From positions 1 through 37,628 of the forward strand of contig DASYJT010000037.1 in assembly GCA_035996165.1 (NCBI GenBank): a stretch of DNA of 37,628 nucleotides, given 5' to 3'. The DNA is from Acidimicrobiia bacterium (GTDB taxonomy: Bacteria > Actinomycetota > Acidimicrobiia > IMCC26256 > PALSA-610). The position numbers and the translations under genes were made by a program. The notes beneath the pieces were generated by a model. The model did no database searches and was not told where the DNA came from. It was given only the letters and a program-made list of their open reading frames with translations. Numbering within the stretch: position 1 is the first letter of the stretch; every line of letters begins with the position of its first letter. This document shows, piece by piece, positions 25,046 to 33,415 of the stretch.

Positions 25046-27184
25046 ATGCCGGAGCCCTGGACGACCAGCGCCAGCGCGAGCATCGGCGCCGACGGCATCG
25101 TGACGCTCGTCGAAGGCTCCGCGTTCTGCATCTCGAGTCGCTCCGGTGAGATCGATCCGGCGCGACCGCAGGGTCTGTTCTTTCGAGACACGCGCTTCAT
25201 CTCCGAACTGCGTTGCACCTTGAACGGCCTGAGTCCCGAGCCGCTCGCGGCGACCGCGCCCGACCCGTTCAGCGGGATCTTCGTGCTGCGCGGCCATCCG
25301 TCGAAGGGCCACGCCGATTCGCATCTGGTGTTGTTCCGTCGCCGGTATGTGGGGCGGGGGATGCGCGAAGACCTCGAGATAGAGAACTACGGGGAGGAAG
25401 CCGCGTTCTGCTCGATCGAGCTCCTGGTCGACGCCGACTTCGCCGACCTCTTCGAGGTCAAAGAGGGCCGGGTGCACAAGCAGGGCCAACTCGACGTCGC
25501 CAACGTCGGATCACGGCTCACGTTCCACTACAAGCGTCATTCGTTCGAGCGCAGCACGCACGTGGACTTCAGCGGTTCGCCGAGAATCCTCGGCAACCAC
25601 GTCGTGTACGAGACGGTGGTGCCTCCCCGCGGAAAGTGGACCGCGTGTATCGAGGTGACGCCGGTGATCGGCGACATGGAGGTCACGCCGCGCTACCAGT
25701 GCGGTCAGCCGGTGGAACGTTCCACTCCGGTGGCGCGCCTCGAGGAGTGGCGCGCGCGCATGCCGGTGGTGACGAGCGACGACGACCAGTTCCGTGCGTT
25801 GCTGGAGCGGTCGACGACCGACCTCGCGGGGTTGCGCATCTTCGACCCCGAGTATCCCGACCGCGCGGTCGTGGCGGCCGGCGCGCCGTGGTTCATGACG
25901 CTCTTCGGGCGCGACTCGCTCCTCACGTCGTGGATGACGATGCTCGTCGACCCCGACCTCGCTCTCGGCACGCTGCAGACGCTGGCGCGCTTCCAGGGAC
26001 AAGAGGTCGATCCGCGCACCGAGGAGGAGCCCGGTCGCATCCTGCACGAGATGCGCTTCGGCGAGACTGCTTCGCTCGCGCTCGGTGGCGGGCGCGTCTA
26101 CTACGGCACGGTCGACGCCACGCCGCTCTTCGTCATGCTCATCGGCGAGCTTTCGCGTTGGGGTTCCCGCCGCGAGGAGGTCGACGCGCTCCTCCCCGCC
26201 GCCGACGCCGCGCTGCAATGGATCACCGACTACGGCGACCGCGACGGCGACGGTTACGTCGAGTACCAGCGCACCACCGACCACGGTTTGCAGAACCAGG
26301 GTTGGAAGGACTCCTGGGACTCGATGCGGTTCACCGACGGCTCGCTCGCGGCCACACCGATCGCGCTGTGCGAGGTACAGGGTTACGTGTATGCCGCGCT
26401 CATCGCCCGCGGTCACTGCGCGACCGAGGCCGGCGACCACGAGCTCGCGGCGACGCTCACCGTGCGCGCCGCGGAGCTCAAGCGCAGGTTCAACGAGGAT
26501 TTCTGGGTCGACACTCCCGACGGCGGCTACATCGCGATCGGTCTCGACCGAGACAAGAAGCGCATCGACGGCATCGGCTCGAACATGGGCCATTGTCTCT
26601 GGACCGGCATCGTCGACGAGGAGAAGGCGCCGCACGTGGCGCGCGTGTTGCTGTCGGAGGGAATGTTCAGCGGCTGGGGCGTGCGCACGTTGTCGGCCGA
26701 CAATGCGGGCTTCAACCCGATCTCGTATCACTGCGGAAGTGTCTGGCCGCACGACAACGCGCTCACGGCCGCGGGTCTGATGCGGTACGGCTTCGCCGAC
26801 GAAGCGCACCGCGTGATGCGCGGCATGGTCGACGCGTCGCGCTGGTTCGGCGACCTGTTGCCGGAGCTCTTCGGCGGCATGCCGCGCCAGGGCCTGAGCT
26901 TCCCGGTGAGCTACCCCACGTCGTGCTCGCCCCAGGCGTGGGCCGCGGCCTCGCCGCTTCTCTTCTTGCGCACGCTGTTGCGGTTCGAGCCCGACATCCG
27001 AGCGAACAAGTTGCACCTCGCGCCGGCGGTCCCGGACTGGATCGGAACCCTCCGGCTCGAGCGCATCCCGATCATGGGCGGCCACCTGGGCGTCGAGGTG
27101 ACGGGCGAGGTCGTCAAGGTGCTCGAGGTACCCGAGGACCTGACGATCGTCTCGGAACCCCGCCGCGCCACCATCGGCCACTAG
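25046..27184 (+). CDS. Amylo-alpha-1,6-glucosidase / glycogen-debranching-type protein (GDE_N_bis + GDE_C)
   Basis: 712 aa. N-terminus VTLVEGSAFCISSRSGEI..GLFFRDTRF. (alpha/alpha)6 region GAPWFMTLFGRDSL, NQGWKDSWDS, GWGVRTLS..YHCGSVWPHDN. TAGTTT (25033-25038) lies 7 nt before the ATG. Confidence 0.8.
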   Translation: MPEPWTTSASASIGADGIVTLVEGSAFCISSRSGEIDPARPQGLFFRDTRFISELRCTLNGLSPEPLAATAPDPFSGIFVLRGHPSKGHADSHLVLFRRRYVGRGMREDLEIENYGEEAAFCSIELLVDADFADLFEVKEGRVHKQGQLDVANVGSRLTFHYKRHSFERSTHVDFSGSPRILGNHVVYETVVPPRGKWTACIEVTPVIGDMEVTPRYQCGQPVERSTPVARLEEWRARMPVVTSDDDQFRALLERSTTDLAGLRIFDPEYPDRAVVAAGAPWFMTLFGRDSLLTSWMTMLVDPDLALGTLQTLARFQGQEVDPRTEEEPGRILHEMRFGETASLALGGGRVYYGTVDATPLFVMLIGELSRWGSRREEVDALLPAADAALQWITDYGDRDGDGYVEYQRTTDHGLQNQGWKDSWDSMRFTDGSLAATPIALCEVQGYVYAALIARGHCATEAGDHELAATLTVRAAELKRRFNEDFWVDTPDGGYIAIGLDRDKKRIDGIGSNMGHCLWTGIVDEEKAPHVARVLLSEGMFSGWGVRTLSADNAGFNPISYHCGSVWPHDNALTAAGLMRYGFADEAHRVMRGMVDASRWFGDLLPELFGGMPRQGLSFPVSYPTSCSPQAWAAASPLLFLRTLLRFEPDIRANKLHLAPAVPDWIGTLRLERIPIMGGHLGVEVTGEVVKVLEVPEDLTIVSEPRRATIGH

Positions 27185-27190
27185 CCCGAG

Positions 27191-28129
27191 CTACCGGGTC
27201 GGGTCGGCCCTCCGCGCGAGCGACACGGCGAAATCGTCGTCGGGGTCGGTCCACCATTCGACCAACTGCATGCCGGCCGCGGCCAGCTCGCGTTCGACGC
27301 GGTCACGAGTGAACTTCGCGCTCACTTCCGTCCGCATCTCCTCGCCGGCCGTGAACTCCACGTCGAGATCGAGCGCGCGCACGCGGACCCGCTGCGCACG
27401 CGTCGACCGCAGTCGCATCTCGATCCATTCGTTCTCCGCGTCGAACGCCGCGACGTGCTCGAACGCGGCGAGGTCGAAGTCGGCATCGAGCTCGCGGTTC
27501 ATGACGCGCAGGACGTTCTTGTTGAACTCGGCCGTGACACCCTGCGCGTCGTCGTACGCGGCGACGAGTCGGTCGACGTCTTTGACGAGATCGGTGCCGA
27601 GCAGGAAGAAGTCGTCGGGTTCCAGCATGGCCGCGACGTCGTGCAGGAAGACCGACCGCGCATCGGGAAGGAGGTTGCCGATCGTCCCGCCGAGGAACGC
27701 GACGAGACGCCGGCCGCCGGGCGGGATGTTGTGGAGGTCGCGCGTGAAGTCGCCGACGACGGGTTGCACGTCGATCCCCGTGTAATCGTGCTCGATCGCC
27801 GCCGCGGCGTCGTGCAGCGTGCGCTTGCTCACGTCGAACGGAACGAAACGCCGGAGCGTGCCGGCGTCGCGCATGCCGTCGAGCAGGATGCGGGTCTTCT
27901 CCGAGGTGCCCGAGCCGAGTTCGACGAGCGTGTCGGCGTTCGTGCGCCGAGCGATCTCCGGCGCGCGCGCCTGGAGGATCGCCCGCTCCCGGCGGGTGGG
28001 GTAGTACTCGCCGAGCCGGGTGATCTCGTCGAACAGTTCCGAGCCCCGGTCGTCGTAGAACCACTTCGGCGGGATGTCCTTCGGAGTGGAGGTCAGGCCG
28101 CGCCGCGCGTCCTCTTCGATGGTGCTCAC
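27191..28129 (-). CDS. egtD: L-histidine N-alpha-methyltransferase EgtD
   Basis: KWFYDDRGSELFDEITRLGEYYPTRRERAIL, ELGSGTSEKTR, GGTIGN. GTGA overlap with egtB. Confidence 0.9.
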   Translation of the reverse strand: MSTIEEDARRGLTSTPKDIPPKWFYDDRGSELFDEITRLGEYYPTRRERAILQARAPEIARRTNADTLVELGSGTSEKTRILLDGMRDAGTLRRFVPFDVSKRTLHDAAAAIEHDYTGIDVQPVVGDFTRDLHNIPPGGRRLVAFLGGTIGNLLPDARSVFLHDVAAMLEPDDFFLLGTDLVKDVDRLVAAYDDAQGVTAEFNKNVLRVMNRELDADFDLAAFEHVAAFDAENEWIEMRLRSTRAQRVRVRALDLDVEFTAGEEMRTEVSAKFTRDRVERELAAAGMQLVEWWTDPDDDFAVSLARRADPTR

Positions 28130-29391
28130 GAGCCGGCCTGGGTCACGTCGAGGGCAAGGCGCACGCCACCGAACATCCAGCGGCTCGACGGAGGGAAGAA
28201 GTTCCGGTAGGTGACACGCGTGTGGCCGAGTGGCGTCTGGCGCGCGCCGCCGCGCAACGTCATCTGGCCGCTCATGAACTTGCCGTTGTACTCACCGACC
28301 GCGCCCGCCGGAGGACGAAAGCGCGGGTACGGGAGGTAGGCACTCGACGTCCACTGCCACGCGACGTCGTCGATCTCGCTCAACGTGTCGGGGGGCGAGC
28401 ACGCGACGGCATGCTCCCACTCGAATTCGGTGGGCAAGCGCGCGTCGCGCCAACGTGCGTACGCGTCGGCCTCGTAGTGGCTCACGTGCACGACGGGTTC
28501 GTTGGCGTCGAGCGGTCGGCGGCCGCCGAGGGTGAAGACGCTCCAGCCGTCGGCGCCGTCGTCGCGCCAGTAGAGCGGCGCCTCCCAACCGTTTTGCTGC
28601 ACGGCATACCAACCGTCGGAGAGCCACAGCTCCGGTCGCCGGTATCCGTCGTCGGCGATGAACTCGAGGTACTCGTGCGCGCACACGAGCCGGTTCGCGA
28701 TGCCGACCGGTTCGAGATGCACGACATGGCGCGGGCGTTCGTTGTCGAAGGAGAACCCCGGTCCGTCGTCGCCGATCTCGGTGTTGCCGCCGTGCACGGG
28801 TGCGAAATGCAGCGGCGTGGCGGCAACCGGCGTGTGCGTGGATTCGGCGTACGCGGGATCGGTCGGGTTGCTGTGCAACACGTGCTTGATGTCCATGAGC
28901 AACAGCTCCTGATGCTGCTGCTCGTGATGAAGGCCGAGGACGATCAGCTCGGCGGCGTCGGCGTTGCTCTTGTCGATCAGCTCGTGCATAGCGTCGTCGA
29001 CGTGCGCGCGGTAGCGGGCGATCTCACCGACCGAGGGTCGGGAGAGCAAACCACGCTGCGGACGCGGATGACGAGGGCCGACCGCCTCGTAGTACGAGTT
29101 GAAGAGATAGGCGTACGCGGGATCGAACTGTGCGTAGCGCTCGACACACGGTGAGAGCAGGAACGTCTCGAAGAACCATGTGGTGTGGGCTCGATGCCAC
29201 TTGGTGGGGCTGGCATCGGGCATCGACTGGACGACTTGGTCCTCGTCGGAGAGGGGCGCGGCGAGAGCCTCGGTGAGGTCTCGGACCCGGCGGTAACGAT
29301 CGTGCAGTGCGACGCGTTCGGACGCGTCGAGGGCGGGGCCGGTCGTGAGGGCGGTCACCCGTCGACCCGACCGAAACAGGCTGCGACCCAC
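28126..29391 (-). CDS. egtB: Ergothioneine biosynthesis sulfoxide synthase EgtB (DinB_2 + FGE-sulfatase domains)
   Basis: SPTKWHRAHTTWFFETF, HEQQHQELL, and C-terminal GEYNGKFMSGQMTLRGG..YRNFFPPSSRWMFGGVRLA. The start may be GTG 29391 or GTG 29358. Confidence 0.85.
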   Translation of the reverse strand: MGRSLFRSGRRVTALTTGPALDASERVALHDRYRRVRDLTEALAAPLSDEDQVVQSMPDASPTKWHRAHTTWFFETFLLSPCVERYAQFDPAYAYLFNSYYEAVGPRHPRPQRGLLSRPSVGEIARYRAHVDDAMHELIDKSNADAAELIVLGLHHEQQHQELLLMDIKHVLHSNPTDPAYAESTHTPVAATPLHFAPVHGGNTEIGDDGPGFSFDNERPRHVVHLEPVGIANRLVCAHEYLEFIADDGYRRPELWLSDGWYAVQQNGWEAPLYWRDDGADGWSVFTLGGRRPLDANEPVVHVSHYEADAYARWRDARLPTEFEWEHAVACSPPDTLSEIDDVAWQWTSSAYLPYPRFRPPAGAVGEYNGKFMSGQMTLRGGARQTPLGHTRVTYRNFFPPSSRWMFGGVRLALDVTQAGS

Positions 29392-29555
29392 GCGCAGTTA
29401 CGGACCGGAGCGAACCATTCGACGACACCGTTCATCCGTGCTCCCCTCACGTTGGCGGACGACTGGGATACGGAACCCCACCGCCCGCGAGTTCATGCCG
29501 CGTTGCACCCAGATTTCCGGAATGGGGATTTCGGAACGGGTGCCCGCGTGGTCAC

Positions 29556-29601
29556 CGTACCCACGGGGTGTGCCGCTGTCATCGCACCCGAGAGGGGTAC
29601 G
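29556..29601 (-). terminator. Long imperfect hairpin immediately downstream of the MBL hydrolase gene
   Basis: CGTACCC (29556-29562) pairs with GGGTACG (29595-29601). An inner GGGTG.GC/GCACCC stem is also present. There is no U-tract. Confidence 0.35.
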
Positions 29602-29608
29602 TGGAGGG

Positions 29609-30232
29609 TTACCAGCCCCGCTCGACCCATTCGTCGAGGTGCGGTCGCTCGCTGCCGATCGTGGTGTCGAGCCCGTGACCGGGGAGAACGAGAGTCTCCA
29701 CCGGTAGGGGGAAGAGTCGCCGGTCGACCGACTGGATGATCGTCGGGAAGTCGCCGCCCTCGAAGGTGGTGTTGCCGACCCCGCCCGGGAACAGCGTGTC
29801 GCCGCTGAACAGCACCGGATGACCCTCGAGCAAGAAGCAGGTGGAGCCGCGGGTATGGCCCGGGGTGTGGATCGTGCGGAGGCGAAGGTCGCCGACGGTG
29901 ATGACCTCGTCGTCGGGGATCGTGAAGTCGTAGCCGGGGAGCATCTCCGCGTCGGCGGTCGCGATCCCCACGTCGATCCCGGCATCGCGCATCTGGGTCA
30001 CGGCCTGGATGTGGTCGAAATGCCCGTGGGTGGTGAGGACCCGGCGGACCCCGGTGGCCCGGGCGACCTCGAGCAACAGCTCGTGCTCGTTGGCGGCGTC
30101 TACGAGCACCGCCTCGCCCGTCCCCTTGTCGCGCAAGATGAACACATTGTTCTCGTACGGCCCGACCACCAGCTTGTCGATCCGCACGTCGGAGGTCTCG
30201 TAGTGCGCCGGCCGGGTCAGCGTGCGAGTCAT
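29609..30232 (-). CDS. MBL-fold metallo-hydrolase (glyoxalase II-like)
   Basis: The real gene is the C-terminal 207 aa of track ORF 29609..31048 (MTRTLTRPAHY..). It has the THGHFDH motif and later H/D ligands (HTPGHT, GDTLF, PGHG). TAACCT lies 7 nt before ATG 30232. Confidence 0.8.
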   Translation of the reverse strand: MTRTLTRPAHYETSDVRIDKLVVGPYENNVFILRDKGTGEAVLVDAANEHELLLEVARATGVRRVLTTHGHFDHIQAVTQMRDAGIDVGIATADAEMLPGYDFTIPDDEVITVGDLRLRTIHTPGHTRGSTCFLLEGHPVLFSGDTLFPGGVGNTTFEGGDFPTIIQSVDRRLFPLPVETLVLPGHGLDTTIGSERPHLDEWVERGW

Positions 30233-30233
30233 G

Positions 30234-30287
30234 ACCAGGAGGTTAATCCTGGTACCGGCGTCGTCACCTGGAAACCCGACCGGTCGG
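30234..30287. promoter_or_regulatory. Two perfect palindromes in the MBL / acyl-CoA dehydrogenase divergent intergenic region
   Basis: ACCAGGA-ggttaa-TCCTGGT (30234-30253) and CCGACCGGTCGG (30276-30287). Confidence 0.4.
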
Positions 30288-30307
30288 TCAAGTAGCGTCG
30301 GCCCGCC

Positions 30308-31495
30308 ATGGATTTCGTCGACACGCCCGCGGAAGCGGCCTTCCGAGCGGAGGTGCGCGCCTGGCTGGGAGAGAACCTGAAGGGCGAGTTCGCCGCGCTC
30401 GGACCGGGGAACGGACCCAGCGACGAGAGCGGCTGGGACGTGCGCGTCGAGTGGGAGAAGCTGCTCGGCGCCGACCGCTGGGTCGGGCTGACCTGGCCCA
30501 AGGAGTACGGCGGACGCGACGCCAACATCGCCGAGCAGATCATCTTCAACGAGGAATACACGCGGGCCAACGCGCCGACCCGCCTCTCCTTCTTCGGTGA
30601 GGGCCTCTTCGCCCCGACGCTGATCCAGTACGGCACCGAGGAGCAGAAGCAGCGCTTCCTCCCGAAGATCCAGAACGTCGAGGAGATGTGGTGCCAGGGC
30701 TTCTCCGAGCCCAACGCCGGCAGCGACCTCGCAAACATCCAGACTCGCGCCACGCTCGACGGTGACGAGTGGGTCATCACCGGTCAGAAGGTGTGGACCA
30801 CGCTCGCGCACCGCGCCGACTGGTGCTTCGTCGTGTGCCGCACCGATCCCGAGTCGACTTCGCACCACGGCCTCACGTACCTGCTCTGCCCGATGGATCA
30901 ACCGGGCATCGAAGTACGGCCGCTGCGCCAGATGACCGGCAGCGCGGAGTTCAACGAGGTGTTCTTCGACGGCGCGCGCACCGCGAAGTCGAACGCGCTC
31001 GGCCCGGTCGGCGAGGGTTGGAAGGTCGCGATGGCCACCCTCGGGCACGAGCGGGGAACGGCGTTCATGTCGTCGCAGCTCGCGTTCGAGGGCGAGTACG
31101 CGGACCTGCTCGCGACGGCCCAGAAGAACGGCGCCACCCAGGAGCCCGCGCTGCGCGACGAGCTGGCGCGCAGCTACGCCGGGCTACAGGTCATGAAGTA
31201 CAACGGCATGCGGATGCTCACCAATCTCGTGAAGACGGGCGCGGTCGGTCCGGAAGCGAGCATCGGCAAGCTCTACTGGACAACCTGGCACAAGAGTTTC
31301 GGCGAGACGGCAATGCGCGTCATGGGCGCCGACGCGCTTACGGTGCAGCGCTCGCAGGATGGCGAGTACGAGATCGACGACCTGCACTACGTCTTCATGG
31401 CAAGCCGCGCGGAGACCATCTACGCCGGCGCGAGCGAGATCCAACGCAACATCATCGGTGAACGAGTTCTCGGGTTGCCGAGAGAACCCCGTTAA
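30308..31495 (+). CDS. Acyl-CoA dehydrogenase family protein
   Basis: 395 aa. WCQGFSEPNAGSDLA, and C-terminal IYAGASEIQRNIIGERVLGLP. Confidence 0.85.
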   Translation: MDFVDTPAEAAFRAEVRAWLGENLKGEFAALGPGNGPSDESGWDVRVEWEKLLGADRWVGLTWPKEYGGRDANIAEQIIFNEEYTRANAPTRLSFFGEGLFAPTLIQYGTEEQKQRFLPKIQNVEEMWCQGFSEPNAGSDLANIQTRATLDGDEWVITGQKVWTTLAHRADWCFVVCRTDPESTSHHGLTYLLCPMDQPGIEVRPLRQMTGSAEFNEVFFDGARTAKSNALGPVGEGWKVAMATLGHERGTAFMSSQLAFEGEYADLLATAQKNGATQEPALRDELARSYAGLQVMKYNGMRMLTNLVKTGAVGPEASIGKLYWTTWHKSFGETAMRVMGADALTVQRSQDGEYEIDDLHYVFMASRAETIYAGASEIQRNIIGERVLGLPREPR

Positions 31496-31537
31496 GGGCC
31501 CGAGCGGTCCTCTGATCGGGAGACACAGGAGCAGAAC

Positions 31538-32668
31538 ATGAACTTCGCTTTTTCCGAGGAACAAGAAGAACTGCGGCGCACGGTGCGGCAGTTCCTCGAG
31601 GCCAAATCGCCTGAGACGGAGGTTCGTCGTCTCATGGAGACGGCCGAGGGTTACGACACCTCGGTGTGGAAGCAGATGGGCCAAGAGCTCGGGCTGCAGG
31701 GGCTTGCGATCCCCGAGGAGTTCGGCGGTCAGGGCTTCACGTTCATCGAGCTCGGCATCGTGCTCGAGGAGATGGGCCGCGTGCTCCTCTGCTCGCCGTA
31801 CTTCTCCTCGGCGGTGCTGGCCGCGAACGCCATCTTGAACGCGGGTACCGACGCGCAGAAGTCGGCGCTGCTCCCGCCCATCGCGACCGGCGACACGATC
31901 GCCGCGCTCGCCTTCACCGAGCCGTCCGGCAAATGGGATGCGGCCGGTATCACGATGGAAGCGACCGCCGACGGTGATCACTTCCTCCTCTCGGGCGAGA
32001 AGATGTTCGTCATCGACGGCAATGTCGCCGACCTGATCGTCGTCGTGGCCCGCACCGCGGGCACGAGCGGCACCGACGGCATCTCGTTCTTCACCGTCAG
32101 CGGCAACGCCAAGGGACTCACCCGCACCGCGTTGTCGACGATGGACATGACGCGCAAGCAGTCGAAGCTCGAGTTCGACAAGGTCGTGGCCGAGCCGCTC
32201 GGTGCGCCGGGATCGGGTTGGCCCGCGTTCTCGAAGACGCTCGACCAGGCTGCCGTCGCGCTGTCCAACGAGATGATGGGCGGCGCGCAGAAGGTGCTCG
32301 AGATGTCGGTCGAGTACGCGAAGGTGCGCGTGCAGTTCGGTCGCCCGATCGGTTCGTTCCAGGCGATCAAGCACAAGTGCGCCGACATGTTGCTCGAGGT
32401 CGAGTCCGGCAAGTCGGCCGCGTACTACGCGTCGTGGGCCGCGGCGGAGGACAACGACGAGTTGCCGGTCGTGGCGGCCCTCTCGAAGGCGTACTGCTCG
32501 GAGGCGTACTTCCACGCGACCGCCGAGAACATCCAGATCCACGGCGGCATCGGTTTCACCTGGGAGCACCCCGCGCACCTCTACTTCAAGCGGGCGAAGA
32601 GCTCCGAGATCTACCTCGGTGATCCCACGTACCACCGCGAGCTGCTTGCCCAGCGCATCGGCATCTGA
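31538..32668 (+). CDS. Acyl-CoA dehydrogenase family protein (second, divergent subunit)
   Basis: 376 aa. MNFAFSEEQEELRRTVRQFL, QFGRPIGSFQAIKHKCADM, IHGGIGFTWEHPAHLYFKRA. CAGGAG SD. Confidence 0.85.
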   Translation: MNFAFSEEQEELRRTVRQFLEAKSPETEVRRLMETAEGYDTSVWKQMGQELGLQGLAIPEEFGGQGFTFIELGIVLEEMGRVLLCSPYFSSAVLAANAILNAGTDAQKSALLPPIATGDTIAALAFTEPSGKWDAAGITMEATADGDHFLLSGEKMFVIDGNVADLIVVVARTAGTSGTDGISFFTVSGNAKGLTRTALSTMDMTRKQSKLEFDKVVAEPLGAPGSGWPAFSKTLDQAAVALSNEMMGGAQKVLEMSVEYAKVRVQFGRPIGSFQAIKHKCADMLLEVESGKSAAYYASWAAAEDNDELPVVAALSKAYCSEAYFHATAENIQIHGGIGFTWEHPAHLYFKRAKSSEIYLGDPTYHRELLAQRIGI

Positions 32669-33410
32669 GTCAGCCCGCGACTTCACCGTCGCCGCGTACA
32701 ACGCACACTGGGGAATCGGCCGGTTCGGCCGAGCGCAAGGTGTCCGTTTCGACGTCGCGCGAGTCGTGCGGAGCTTCGATGCCGACATCGTGGTCGTGCC
32801 GGAGTCGTGGCGCGACGCGGACGGGGTGGGCGTACTCGACTCGCTGCGCGACGACGGGTACCACGTCGAGTCGTTGGAACTCATGCGCCTCGAGCTGCGC
32901 CGCCGCCGCCGCACGAGTGACCGGCACGGGGTGCCGTACGCGGGTGCGTGGGAGATCGCGATCTGCACTCGGTTCCCGGTGCTCGATCGCCGGCTGATCA
33001 CCATGGGGACGGTGCGCAACGACGCGCCGGGAGAGCGGAGCGCGCTCGGGCTTACCCTCGCGATCGACGACACGCCCGTCGACATGGTCGGGTTGCACGT
33101 GTCGTCGAAGGTCTGGAAGCTCGCACCGCTGCAACACCTGCTCACGCTGCGCCGCGGTCTGGCCGTGAGCGGCCCGCAGATCGTCGCCGGCGACTTCAAC
33201 TTCTGGGGGCCGGGCGTCGCCGCGGCGATGCGCGGCTGGCAACGTCCGGTTCGGGGCCGCACGTATCCAGCGCGTCGCCCGCACAGTCAGATCGATCACG
33301 TACTCGTGCGCGGCGGCATCGAGGCGCTCGGTGGCGAAGTTCTGGCGGAGACGCCCTCGGATCACCGTCCGATCCGAACCCGGCTGCGACTGATGGGCGG
33401 GGTAACGTAA
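32619..33410 (+). CDS. Endonuclease/exonuclease/phosphatase (EEP) family protein
   Basis: FTVAAYNAHWG, DIVVVPESW, IVAGDFNFWGP, SDHRPI. The only in-frame starts ahead of the domain are GTG 32619 and TTG 32646. Both overlap the end of the preceding ACAD gene. Confidence 0.7.
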   Translation: MIPRTTASCLPSASASESARDFTVAAYNAHWGIGRFGRAQGVRFDVARVVRSFDADIVVVPESWRDADGVGVLDSLRDDGYHVESLELMRLELRRRRRTSDRHGVPYAGAWEIAICTRFPVLDRRLITMGTVRNDAPGERSALGLTLAIDDTPVDMVGLHVSSKVWKLAPLQHLLTLRRGLAVSGPQIVAGDFNFWGPGVAAAMRGWQRPVRGRTYPARRPHSQIDHVLVRGGIEALGGEVLAETPSDHRPIRTRLRLMGGVT

Positions 33411-33415
33411 CCGCC

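Noticed and set aside
29355-29435. 26-aa upstream ORF MNGVVEWFAPVRNCAWVAACFGRVDG with GAGGGGAG upstream, overlapping the egtB start. It shares a short ATGGTTCGC word with the region at ~21285.
   Set aside because: It is too short, has mixed codon bias, has no support beyond an SD-like tract, and the shared 9-mer is compatible with chance. It is worth a glance only if Ribo-seq exists.
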